Assembly: GCA_965223905.1 (NCBI GenBank)
Contig: CBDCXV010000011.1
Location: forward strand, 1,344,001-1,408,000
Source of the DNA: Candidatus Latescibacterota bacterium
GTDB taxonomy: Bacteria > Latescibacterota > UBA2968 > UBA8231
Length of the DNA stretch: 64,000 bases
Direction: 5' to 3'
Position 1 is the stretch's first letter. Each line of letters starts with the position of its first letter. Position numbers and translations under genes: made by a program. The notes under the pieces are model-generated. The model was not told the origin of the DNA. It saw only the letters and a program-made list of their open reading frames with translations, and made no database searches. This document shows positions 1-9,590 of the stretch, one piece after another.

Positions 1-21
1 GGGGTTGGATCCACCTAACGT

Positions 22-49
22 AACTGTCCAAATTCCGGGGTACACCTCA
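22..49. mobile_element. Possible terminal inverted repeat of an IS3-family element lying mostly left of the window
   Basis: AACTGTCCAAATTCCGGGGTACACCTCA resembles IS3/IS150-type right ends finishing in CA; no transposase in the window. Confidence 0.35.
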
Positions 50-192
50 ATCAAACACCCAGTTCCAGGGCCCCACAAAGAAAAAAGATAGAGGCCTGGA
101 CAAACGGACAGAGGTTGTCCTCTTGGCGGTTATCTTGATGGATGGAGGTACAGCCATCCGCATGGGCAGTGATGCCAGAGGAGTGGAGGGGA

Positions 193-370
193 ATGAAAGC
201 AGCCATCATCTGCACCATCGGGTTGATTGGGCCATGGGGCCATGCAGGAGCCGAGCCCCTGATCGAGGGCCGGGTGCGGGCGGCTTCCGGCGCCCCGGCA
301 GCCGAGGCGCAAGTGCAGGTGTTCGATCTGAACGGTCTGCGCTTGGAGCCGCTGGGGCCAACGAGTACGA
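193..370 (+). pseudogene. Truncated copy of the 5' end of the 856..5154 gene
   Basis: MKAAIICTIGLIGPWGHAGAEPLIEGRVR is near-identical in DNA and protein to the sequence from 856 onward, then diverges. Confidence 0.75.
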
Positions 371-434
371 AGCCGAGTCCTTGCCCTTGGCGGTGGGCCA
401 CTTCTGGACGGACTCCTCTGTTGCGGAGGCAGAG

Positions 435-848
435 ATGCGGATTCCAATGAAGCTGCTTTCTGGTACCGTGGGAGGCTTCGCGGGGGGTCTCGGCGGGGCT
501 GGCCTTTGGCTCGTCCTGGGCAACGAGGAAAGGTCATGCAACAGTTACTGCGATGACCTTGTTGCCCTCCTCCTCGGGAGCTGGGCGGTCGGGGTGAGCG
601 GGCCGGATCCACACGACAGGTTCCTTCCAACCTTGGGAGGCAGCGCGGCGGCATCGTTCGGCAGCTTCTTCCTGGCGGAGGCAGGGCGCGGGCGCGGGGC
701 GACTCTCTTGTGGTGGCCCGGTTCAATCATCATGGCAACGATTGTGTCGGAGTGGTTCCGCGACCCCCCCGAGGACCGCCGCCTCTCCTTCGGTCTTTCG
801 CCAACGCCCTGGAGGGGATGGCAGGCGGCGACCGTGCTGCGATTCTGA
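435..848 (+). CDS. Hypothetical membrane protein
   Basis: GGAGG RBS before ATG 435; Gly-rich hydrophobic segments; C-terminal Phe. Confidence 0.5.
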   Translation: MRIPMKLLSGTVGGFAGGLGGAGLWLVLGNEERSCNSYCDDLVALLLGSWAVGVSGPDPHDRFLPTLGGSAAASFGSFFLAEAGRGRGATLLWWPGSIIMATIVSEWFRDPPEDRRLSFGLSPTPWRGWQAATVLRF

Positions 849-855
849 ACAGGGA

Positions 856-3800
856 ATGAGAGCAGCCATCATCTGCACCATCGGGTTGATTGGGCCATGG
901 GGCCATGCAGGGGCCGAGCCCCTGATCGAGGGCCGGGTGCGGCTGCCCTCGGGGGCCCCCGCGGCCGGGGCGCAGGTGCGGCTGTTCGACCTGGCCGATC
1001 TGCGCGCAGCTCCGATCGGGGCGACTACGGATCAGTCGGGCCACTTCACCCTGCCCCTGGGGGCTTTGCCGGGCACCGCCCTGCCGGAGCGCTTCGAGCT
1101 GGGGTCGAACTATCCCAACCCGTTCAACCCTTCCACCCTCATTCCGTACCAGTTGCCGTCATCGATGCACGTGCGTCTGGAGGTGTTCAACCTCCTGGGA
1201 CAGCGCATTGCCACGCTGGTCGACGGGGAGCAGCCGGCCGGTTTCAACACGGCGGAGTGGGACGCCACGGATGCGGCGGGTCAGGCGGTGGGGGCGGGGG
1301 TGTATCTGTATCGCCTGAGCGGGGACGCGGGGAAGATCACGCGGCGTATGCTGCTGGTCGATGGGCAGGCGGGGTCCGTTTGGGCAGGCTCGGCGGCCGC
1401 CGCGAGGGACGAGGCCGGACCCGCCTGGGAGACAGCCCTCGCCTACGGTTTGACCGTCTCGGGTCCGGGACTGGTTCCCTACGTGGACCCGGCCTTCCGG
1501 GTGACGGCGGGCATGTCGCCGCTGGATGTCGTGGTGGAGACGCCGTCCAGTGCCCCTCGCGCGAAAGTGGCTTCCGGCGGGATCCTGGGCGACGTGGACA
1601 ACACCGGCCGGGTGGATTTCCTCGACGCCCTGCTGGTGGCCCTGTACAGCCGGGACTCCAGCATCGTCATGCCCAACAGCGGCGACATCTCCCTGGGGGA
1701 CGTCGACGCCGACGGCCGGGTCGACCTGTCCGATGTCTGGGCTATTGCGGCGTACCTCAACGATCCCACCGATCCGACGCTTCCGGCAGGGATCGGCGAA
1801 TCGGTGGGTCCGGCCGCATCGCTGTCCCCGGACCCTGCGACAGTGACGTGGGCCGACGACGGGGCCTGGCACCCGTTTTCGGTGGAGGCTGGGGAGCCGG
1901 TCTCGGTGGTTGTCAACCCGGCGGGGACCACCCCAAGGCTGGAGATTACCACCCGCGGCGGCCAGGGCAACCACTGCCCCGCCGAAGCCGACGACGACGC
2001 TTCCCGCGAGGCCGGCCAAACGATCTACCTGTCCGGGTGTGCCGCGGGCAAGGCCACGGTGGAGCTGCGGCGGGAGGCGGACGGCACCGTCCTGCGGAGC
2101 TACACCTTCGAGGTGACCGGCACCGCCCCCGACCTCGTGGTCCGCCAGCCCAGTTTCGGAGGCAGTGTCCCGAGGGCAGAGTCCTTCCTGAGCGCCACCG
2201 TGCACAATCAGGGCACCGCCCCTTCACCCAGTACCACCTTGCGCTTCTATCAGTCCACCGATACAACCTTCACCACGGCGGATACTGAAGTCGGCACTGC
2301 CCCGGTAGTGCCACTCGGGGCACCGGGAGGCACAGTAGCCAATATCAGGCCGACGGCTCCCTCTGCGGCGGGCACGTACTACTATGGGGCCTGCGTGGAC
2401 GCAGTGTCCGGGGAGTCGGATACGACCAACAACTGCTCCACTGCTTTGACAGTGATAATCGGCCCCGACCTGGTTGTGGACACGCCCACGGTCAGTAACA
2501 GCAGCCCGACCGCTGGAGCATCGTTCACTCTGAGTACCGCGGTGCGCAACCGGGGCAACATGTCATCCGTATCCACCACCCTTCGCTACATCCGCTCCGC
2601 CGACTCCACGATCACTACCTCTGATACGGAGGTAGGTACGGATCAGGTGTCCAATCTCGGTGTAACCGGGGGCGTCCCAGTTCAGTCGGTCGTTCTCACA
2701 GCCCCTTCAGACCCCGGCACCTACTACTACGGGGCGTGCGTGGACTCAGTGACAGGTGAATTCGATACTCCGAACAACTGCTCGGGTGCGGTGACTGTAA
2801 CGGTTGGCGAGGCGCCCGACCTCGTCGTGGACACTCCCACCGTCAGCGAGAGTGCCCCGGTAGCAAGAACCTCCTTCACCATAAGCGTCACCGTGCGCAA
2901 CGAGGGCAGCAGCCCTGCGGGCTCAACGACGCTACGCTACTATGGTTCCATCGACACGGACCTCTACCCGGAATTCCCCGCAACAACCTTCAATGAGTTG
3001 CCGTTTCACACGGACTCGGTAAGCGGTCTTGCCCCGTCGGGGAGCAGCACTCATTCCACCTCACGGAGGGCGTGGGATAGAAAAACAACGCGATATTACA
3101 AGGCCTGCGTGGACGCGGTGCCGGGGGAAAACGACGTCGCGAACAACTGCTCGGCAGCGGTGACCGTAGCCGTAGCCGGCACGCACGACCTGGTGGTAGA
3201 TACTCCCACAGTGGACACCAGCGCTCTGGCGGCGGGAGCGCAGTTCACGCTGAGCGCCACAGTACGCAACCAGGGCAGAGGTCGTTCGAGTTATTTTACT
3301 ACCCTGCGCTACTACCGTTCCACCGACTCGACTATCACAACCGGGGATACGGAATTGGATACGCGCGTCGTAAACCGGCTTGATCCATCGGAGAGCGAAG
3401 AGGAATCGATCAGCCTGACCGCGCCGTCCAGTTCCGGCACGTACTACTATGGGGCGTGCGTCGACCCGCTTGGGGATGAGGACGACATGTCGAACAACTG
3501 CTCCGCGGCGCTGAAGATCACCCTCGTCCCGGCAGATCTCGTAGTAGAAGCGCTAACGACCACCTACAGCAATTCGAACGTCTATTCCTCCTTTCCGGTG
3601 GACGTCTCGGTGCGCAATCTGGGAAATCTTGCATCGGGGCCCACCACGCTAAACTACTACCGCTCGACCGACTCGACTATCACAACCAGCGACGAGCAGA
3701 TCCGCTCTGACTCCATTGGCGGTTTGAGTCCCGATGAAACCGTTTCCCTGCACAGCAGTCTACGAGCCCCGTCAGAGCCCGGCACCTACTACTATGGAGC

Positions 3801-5154
3801 GTGTGTGGTCTCTGTGCCGGATGAGTCCGATACCGCAAACAACTGCTCGCCCGCTTTGAAGGTAGTAGGAGGCCAGCTCGATCTGGTGGTTGAAACTCCT
3901 TGGATCAGTCACAGGAATGCCACCGGGGGTTCGTACATAGATATACATGCCGTTGTGCGCAATGAAGGCACAGGCCACTTACCAGACTTTACCGACTTTA
4001 AAGTGTACAGCTCTACGGACTCTACGACAACCACTGTCGGCGACGACAGCTATGAGGCCGGCTATATATGGCGGCCAATGGATATGTTTGCAAGTAGCGA
4101 AGGATTGACCGCGTCTCTCTGGGCGCCGGACACAGCCGGAGAGTACTACTATTACGCCTGCGTGGGCAGTACGAGAGGAGAATTGAGTGAAGCGAACAAC
4201 TGCTCTGCAACGGTGAAGCTGACAGTGAGGCCCTCCGATCTAACGTTCCTCTTGCCCACAGCCTCCCCCAACATCCTGACCGCTGGAGCGAGTTTCACAC
4301 TTCGTGCCACGGTGCTCAACGGAGGCGACGTACGTTCGGCGGACTCCGCCACCACAATACGCTACTACCGCTCCACCGACGCGACGATTACAAGTACGGA
4401 CAGGTCGGTTGGCACCGACTGGCTAATCGTTCCGAGTGCACACGCAACCGAAGAAAAGTTGATCAGTCTGACCGCGCCGAGGCCAGGGACGTACTACTAT
4501 GGGGCCTGCGTGGACCCGGTTTCAGACGAGTCCGACAGGACCAACAACTGCTCGGAAGCCGTGGAGGTGACCGTAGGCGAGAGGCCCCTGACGCTCAGGC
4601 TCACGAGTTGTTTCGTGCTTGAGAATCAGCACTTTGTCATGTTTGAGGTAAGGGCGAATGTACCCGTGTCAGATGTAGTCGTCCATACGTACCAAATAGA
4701 AGGGAGAAACAACAAGCTACATCTGATGGAAACGACAAATGTTGGGAATCTTTCCGCTGGGGACTCCTACGAGAAGCTGACATCGAGATATTTCCCAGCA
4801 CACCTGAGACCATATCTGACGACCTGCACTGCAACTGTGGAGTGGGCCAACGGAACAGACACGCCGGGCTTTGATCCCACTACAATCATAGTTCCTGACC
4901 TTCCACGACCACCTCCCACATATAGACCTCCCGCATATGATCCCTCGGAGTTTCGAACTCCCACCGAACACCAAGTGTGGCAACTGTTGGTTGACATGCA
5001 AGGGACCGTCTATGGACACCATATATCCTGTGGCTATAGCGGACGGCCCCCCTGCCCTTCGCACGACCACATTGCGTGGTGGTCCGCGTTGCCCTCGAGC
5101 CTTCAGGGATGTGCCTTCCACGGGGGCTGCCACTTTCCTCAAGATTCCAAATAG
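856..5154 (+). CDS. Large secreted protein: FlgD-Ig domain, dockerin/EF-hand-like pair and about six CARDB-like Ig repeats
   Basis: Signal peptide; NYPNPFNP...WDATD...GVYLYRL FlgD motif; GDVDNTGRVDFLD/GDVDADGRVDLSD; repeated PDLVV...VRNxG...YYYGACVD...NNCS units. Confidence 0.85.
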   Translation: MRAAIICTIGLIGPWGHAGAEPLIEGRVRLPSGAPAAGAQVRLFDLADLRAAPIGATTDQSGHFTLPLGALPGTALPERFELGSNYPNPFNPSTLIPYQLPSSMHVRLEVFNLLGQRIATLVDGEQPAGFNTAEWDATDAAGQAVGAGVYLYRLSGDAGKITRRMLLVDGQAGSVWAGSAAAARDEAGPAWETALAYGLTVSGPGLVPYVDPAFRVTAGMSPLDVVVETPSSAPRAKVASGGILGDVDNTGRVDFLDALLVALYSRDSSIVMPNSGDISLGDVDADGRVDLSDVWAIAAYLNDPTDPTLPAGIGESVGPAASLSPDPATVTWADDGAWHPFSVEAGEPVSVVVNPAGTTPRLEITTRGGQGNHCPAEADDDASREAGQTIYLSGCAAGKATVELRREADGTVLRSYTFEVTGTAPDLVVRQPSFGGSVPRAESFLSATVHNQGTAPSPSTTLRFYQSTDTTFTTADTEVGTAPVVPLGAPGGTVANIRPTAPSAAGTYYYGACVDAVSGESDTTNNCSTALTVIIGPDLVVDTPTVSNSSPTAGASFTLSTAVRNRGNMSSVSTTLRYIRSADSTITTSDTEVGTDQVSNLGVTGGVPVQSVVLTAPSDPGTYYYGACVDSVTGEFDTPNNCSGAVTVTVGEAPDLVVDTPTVSESAPVARTSFTISVTVRNEGSSPAGSTTLRYYGSIDTDLYPEFPATTFNELPFHTDSVSGLAPSGSSTHSTSRRAWDRKTTRYYKACVDAVPGENDVANNCSAAVTVAVAGTHDLVVDTPTVDTSALAAGAQFTLSATVRNQGRGRSSYFTTLRYYRSTDSTITTGDTELDTRVVNRLDPSESEEESISLTAPSSSGTYYYGACVDPLGDEDDMSNNCSAALKITLVPADLVVEALTTTYSNSNVYSSFPVDVSVRNLGNLASGPTTLNYYRSTDSTITTSDEQIRSDSIGGLSPDETVSLHSSLRAPSEPGTYYYGACVVSVPDESDTANNCSPALKVVGGQLDLVVETPWISHRNATGGSYIDIHAVVRNEGTGHLPDFTDFKVYSSTDSTTTTVGDDSYEAGYIWRPMDMFASSEGLTASLWAPDTAGEYYYYACVGSTRGELSEANNCSATVKLTVRPSDLTFLLPTASPNILTAGASFTLRATVLNGGDVRSADSATTIRYYRSTDATITSTDRSVGTDWLIVPSAHATEEKLISLTAPRPGTYYYGACVDPVSDESDRTNNCSEAVEVTVGERPLTLRLTSCFVLENQHFVMFEVRANVPVSDVVVHTYQIEGRNNKLHLMETTNVGNLSAGDSYEKLTSRYFPAHLRPYLTTCTATVEWANGTDTPGFDPTTIIVPDLPRPPPTYRPPAYDPSEFRTPTEHQVWQLLVDMQGTVYGHHISCGYSGRPPCPSHDHIAWWSALPSSLQGCAFHGGCHFPQDSK

Positions 5155-5162
5155 GCACCGTT

Positions 5163-5452
5163 GCGAGCTGATCGGCGACTTCAAGAACCTGGGCCGGCCG
5201 TGGCGTCCGAAGGGCGACCCGGAGCGCGTGAAGGTGCACGACTTCGTCATTCCCACCCAGGGCAAGGCGATTCCCTATGGGGTCTACGACCTGAGCCGCA
5301 ACGAGGGCTGGGTCAGTGTCGGGGTCGACCACGACACGGCTCACTTCGCGGTGAAGGCCATCCGCAGCTGGTGGAAACGCATGGGACGTGGTGCCTATCC
5401 GGCGGCGTCTCACCTGTGCATCACGGCCGATGCCGGGGGCAGCAACGGAGGC
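5163..5452 (+). mobile_element. ISAzo13-family transposase internal fragment
   Basis: ELIGDFKN...VHDF...GKAIPYGVYD...GWVSVGVDHDTAHFAV...ITADAGGSNG is the ISAzo13 DDE signature; no start codon or ends. Confidence 0.85.
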
Positions 5453-5477
5453 CGTCCATCACGGGCGCGCTGAGTTC

Positions 5478-7097
5478 ATGATGAAAACGCTATTTGGAAA
5501 TCGGAAACGGTTTGCATCAATCGCAGTTACGCTCTTGATAATTCTTGGCACACAAGTTACGAGTTATGCCGATATTGCCCCTGTGAGCGAGCGCACGCCG
5601 CAGGTGCGTGATGCAATTGTAGCTGCGGTACCAGAGGTAAACAATGCTGGAGATGTGACCGCAGCACACCTCGGTGCAATTGCCGGACTTTCCTTATACA
5701 GGAAGGGTATACACGCCCTGAAAGCAAGTGATTTTGACGGACTCACCGCACTGACAACGTTGTACCTGGGCGATAACCAACTGAGTTCATTGCCGGCGGG
5801 TGTATTTGACGATCTCACCGCCCTGACATGGTTGAGCTTGTCCTACAACCAGTTGAGTTCGTTGCCGGCGGGCCTATTTGGCGATCTCACCGCACTGACA
5901 GGGTTGGGCTTGAGCGGTAACCAGTTGAGTTCGTTGCCGGCGGGTATATTTGACGATCTCACCGCCCTGACAGGGTTGGGCTTGGACGATAACCAGTTGA
6001 GTTCGTTGCCGGCGGGTATATTCGACGATCTCACCGCCCTGACAGGGTTGGGCTTGGGCGGTAACCAGTTGAGTTCGTTGCCGGCGGGCCTATTCGACGA
6101 TCTCACCGCACTGACATGGTTGGGCTTGGGCGGTAACCAGTTGAGTTCGTTGCCAGCGGGCCTATTCGACGATCTCACCGCACTGACATGGTTGAGCTTG
6201 TCCAACAACCAGTTGAGTTCGTTGCCAGCGGGGATTTTCGACGGACTCACGGCACTGACAGGGTTGCGCTTGTCCGGTAACTCAGTGAATCCCCTACTCC
6301 TTACCGTCTCCTTGGAAAGGGTTGGAACGGAGCAATTCAAGGCAGCGGCACCCGTAGGTGCACCGTTTGATATAGTATTGCCGATTAGCGTTTCGAACGG
6401 TAGCATTGCTGGCGGTGCAACATCCGTCACAATACCCGCGGGCAGTGTGGAAAGCGAACTTCTCACCGTGGCCCGAACTTCCGGCACGACACTCGCCGTC
6501 ACCGTGGATATCGGTACTTTGCCGGAGTCGCCCAACAGCCATAGCGGCTACACCCTCGTCAAATCCGCCGACCTTCCTGTAGAGGTCCTCGGTGCCACCG
6601 CTGCGGAGCAAACCACGACGGATTTCAACGGCGACGGCACAACCGATTTCGTCGATTTCTTCCTTTTCGTGGACGCCTACGGCGGCACCGACGCCGTCTT
6701 TGACCTGAACGGCGACGGTACTGTGGATTTCGTCGACTTCTTCGCCTTTGTCGATGGCTTCGGCCCGTCAGCGCAGCCCAAGCTAGTGGCGATGGCCCGG
6801 GAGATGTTCGATCTGCCCTCGGGACCCCAACTGTATCCGAACGCCCCCAACCCCTTCAACAGGGAGACCGTCCTCTCCTGGCTCCTGCTGAGACCCGGGG
6901 CGGTCCGGCTGGAAGTCTTCGCCTTGAACGGGCAACGGCTGGTGACCCTGTGGCAGGGACCGCAGCAGGCCGGCTACCACCTCCTCCACTGGGACGGCCG
7001 AGACGACGGAGGCCGACCCCTTGCCAGCGGCATCTACCTGTACCGCCTGGTGACGGGAGAAGAAGTCTTGACGCGGAAGCTGACCCTTCTGCGATAA
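5478..7097 (+). CDS. Secreted leucine-rich-repeat protein with EF-hand-like pair and C-terminal FlgD-Ig tail
   Basis: Signal peptide; 24-aa LRRs (LTALTxLxLxxNQLSSLPAGxFDD); DFNGDGTTDFVDFF; NAPNPFN...TRKLTLLR. Confidence 0.9.
   Translation: MMKTLFGNRKRFASIAVTLLIILGTQVTSYADIAPVSERTPQVRDAIVAAVPEVNNAGDVTAAHLGAIAGLSLYRKGIHALKASDFDGLTALTTLYLGDNQLSSLPAGVFDDLTALTWLSLSYNQLSSLPAGLFGDLTALTGLGLSGNQLSSLPAGIFDDLTALTGLGLDDNQLSSLPAGIFDDLTALTGLGLGGNQLSSLPAGLFDDLTALTWLGLGGNQLSSLPAGLFDDLTALTWLSLSNNQLSSLPAGIFDGLTALTGLRLSGNSVNPLLLTVSLERVGTEQFKAAAPVGAPFDIVLPISVSNGSIAGGATSVTIPAGSVESELLTVARTSGTTLAVTVDIGTLPESPNSHSGYTLVKSADLPVEVLGATAAEQTTTDFNGDGTTDFVDFFLFVDAYGGTDAVFDLNGDGTVDFVDFFAFVDGFGPSAQPKLVAMAREMFDLPSGPQLYPNAPNPFNRETVLSWLLLRPGAVRLEVFALNGQRLVTLWQGPQQAGYHLLHWDGRDDGGRPLASGIYLYRLVTGEEVLTRKLTLLR
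5742..6285 (+). repeat. About 7.5 tandem 72-bp LRR-coding repeats
   Basis: Recurring ctcaccgc(a/c)ctgaca...aaccagttgagttcgttgcc every 72 bp. Confidence 0.9.
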
Positions 7098-7142
7098 GGG
7101 ATTCGCCCCCGGATTCGTCCGTCCACAACAAAGGAGGGTCCC

Positions 7143-7490
7143 GTGAACAGGGAGCTCTTCAGCAAGAAACTGATCGTCCTGAGTCTCGCGCTGCAGGCCG
7201 CAGGAAACACCTCCCCTCGAGGCCTCTGATCCGATGGCGTGACCATGTGGGTGGGGGACTACTCGGACGACAAGCTGTACGCCTACAATATGCCGACCAA
7301 CGGCGCCCCAACGGACCCCAACATCCCCGGCGCGCCCTCCATCCAATCGGTGATGTCCGGCGCAGGTTCCCTCAGCGTGACTTGGAATGCACCCTCCAGC
7401 GATGGCGGCTTGGCCATCACTGCTTACGACCTGCGCTACGTGCCCAGCGACGCCCCTTCCAAGGCGGACGCCGACTGGACCGTCGTCCGC
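7143..7490 (+). pseudogene. Deleted and nonsense-mutated copy of the 16625..18316 gene
   Basis: Upstream spacer and N-terminus match 16581-16670, then jump to the last repeat and FN3 start; TGG>TGA in the GLWSDG motif. Confidence 0.85.
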
Positions 7491-7591
7491 GTTTCCGCGT
7501 CCAAGAAACCGGATCGGACCAACCTTCACGCGAAGCGTCTCATTCCCATCGACACGTTCCGTAAACCCTTTTCATACATACGGAGGAAACC

Positions 7592-9427
7592 ATGAAACTG
7601 TCTTCGCTGTCCTCGATGGGTGTCGCTCTCGCTCTCTTCTTCTATTCCTGCGACAGCACCAGCGACAGTTCGCCCACCGGCCCCGACTATGAAGACCTGC
7701 GTGAGGTCGGCGAACAGGACCGGACTGCCGCCCGGGAAAAGGCCTCGGCTGCCAAGGAGGAAATGGAGCGGGTCTTGTCGGACATCTACGACGTCGGAGA
7801 AGTCGACCTCGACCGGATCGACTTCTCCGAAGCCGAGCGGCTGTATCAGGAAGCCATCGCCGCGGACCCGCGCAATACCGAAGCGCAATTCGGCGCCGCC
7901 CTCACCCACCTGCTTGTTCTCGCCGCCAACGAGGACGTGCGCGCCCTTCAGGATTCGATCAACGCCTACACGGGCGACGATGAGGGCAGCGGCAAACTGG
8001 CCATCGTTGCGATGGACTTGGCCGCTACGGCCGAAACCGCGGCAAAATCGCCGCTGCTGGTGGCCAAAATCACCCAGGAGGCCATCGAGGACCCACTCAA
8101 GGTCAGCGATATCCAGAGGACGATTGAAGAAGAGATCCTGCCCGCCATCGACTTCTCCCTTGAACGCCTCCGGATCGTCGAGGGCGATCCCGATTTCACC
8201 TTCGAACTCACTCCGGAGATGCAGGGCGACGAAGAGGAAGAGCCGCGCGAGATCGACTTGGGCGAAGTCTATATGATCGACGCCAGTTTGCGCCTTACCA
8301 AAGCCGTCTTCCTGGTAGCCACCGCCTACAATTTTGATTTCGACGACAACGGCAGCTATGCCTTTCTCGACGACGGCAGCAACGAGAACGTCCTGCGGCA
8401 CATGGAACGCCTGGACAAGACGGGCCCCTTCATGACCTTGAGATCGGCCGACGCCATGCCCGGTGCCAAAGCTTCGATATTGGCGGCCGTCGACAAAATG
8501 GAACAGGGTATGGCGGCCGTCCGGGCCGAGACTGATGATCAGGACGATGACCTCATCCTGGCCGATGATCTGGACGACCTGGACGAGGAGATCGACCTGT
8601 CGGACCAGGACGATCTGCCGGATTTCTTCCGCGACATCCGCACGACCGGCGACGCTCTGCGCAAAGCCCGCGAGATACTGGGAGGCACAGTCGAGATCGA
8701 AGCCGACTTCGACGGCGACGAGGACACCCCCGAACAAACCGTGGTCGTCGACGTCGGCCGGTTCTTCGACAATCCGATCCGGGACCTGCGCACCCTGCTG
8801 CCCTACCACACCTGGCACCTCGACCGGCTGCAGAACCGCAATTTCGCCGACGAACTGGTGCTGACCGACGCCGGCGGTGCGGCCCTGGAGGAATCGCCGT
8901 CGCTGGTCTTTCCCGATCCGTCTTTCGGCGGGGTGTTCAAAAGCATCGGCACCAACGAGGAATTGCTCGACCTCTTCGGCATTGAAGACGAGAACCACAA
9001 CGAGAAGGACCTGCTCTACGAAATCGGCCTGGTCTCCGCTCGCGACGGCGGAATTGTCGTAACCAACGAGGACACCCTGTCCATCGAGGTGATCTACTCC
9101 GGTTACACAGGGGACGAATGGATTGAAAACAGCGTGACCGTTCCTGCCGGCGCCCGGGAACTGGACGTGGTGCGCAGTGAGTTCGGCCGGCCGCTGGCGG
9201 GGGATTACGGCTACGAGTTACGGATTGTGAGAGATGGCGTTGTCATCTTCGACAACAGCAGCGACTACGCCTGGATATTCGGGAATATCTACTGCACTGT
9301 CAGCGCGGATCAGCTGACCATTGAGGAGGCGGATTACGACCGGCACTATGAAACGCCCTGGAACGTGTACCAGTCCCGCACCTACCGGACCGCGGATGCT
9401 GAATTCGTCGACAGCGGCAAGCTGTAA
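7592..9427 (+). CDS. Highly acidic lipoprotein with TPR-like helical segment
   Basis: GGAGG RBS; lipobox FFYSC; AERLYQEAIAADPRNTEAQFG TPR-like motif; very D/E-rich. Confidence 0.75.
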   Translation: MKLSSLSSMGVALALFFYSCDSTSDSSPTGPDYEDLREVGEQDRTAAREKASAAKEEMERVLSDIYDVGEVDLDRIDFSEAERLYQEAIAADPRNTEAQFGAALTHLLVLAANEDVRALQDSINAYTGDDEGSGKLAIVAMDLAATAETAAKSPLLVAKITQEAIEDPLKVSDIQRTIEEEILPAIDFSLERLRIVEGDPDFTFELTPEMQGDEEEEPREIDLGEVYMIDASLRLTKAVFLVATAYNFDFDDNGSYAFLDDGSNENVLRHMERLDKTGPFMTLRSADAMPGAKASILAAVDKMEQGMAAVRAETDDQDDDLILADDLDDLDEEIDLSDQDDLPDFFRDIRTTGDALRKAREILGGTVEIEADFDGDEDTPEQTVVVDVGRFFDNPIRDLRTLLPYHTWHLDRLQNRNFADELVLTDAGGAALEESPSLVFPDPSFGGVFKSIGTNEELLDLFGIEDENHNEKDLLYEIGLVSARDGGIVVTNEDTLSIEVIYSGYTGDEWIENSVTVPAGARELDVVRSEFGRPLAGDYGYELRIVRDGVVIFDNSSDYAWIFGNIYCTVSADQLTIEEADYDRHYETPWNVYQSRTYRTADAEFVDSGKL

Positions 9428-9590
9428 TGGACGGAATTGGATGGGACGACGAGGGTAGGATTCAGCGGGCCAACCTCGACGGCTCGGATGTGGAATCCTT
9501 GCTCACGGACTTGGATTTCGCGCCCCGGGAACTGGCCGTGGACATGGATGGCAGCCGAGCGGCTCCGGCCCCGTGAGTCGTGTGCTGCTC

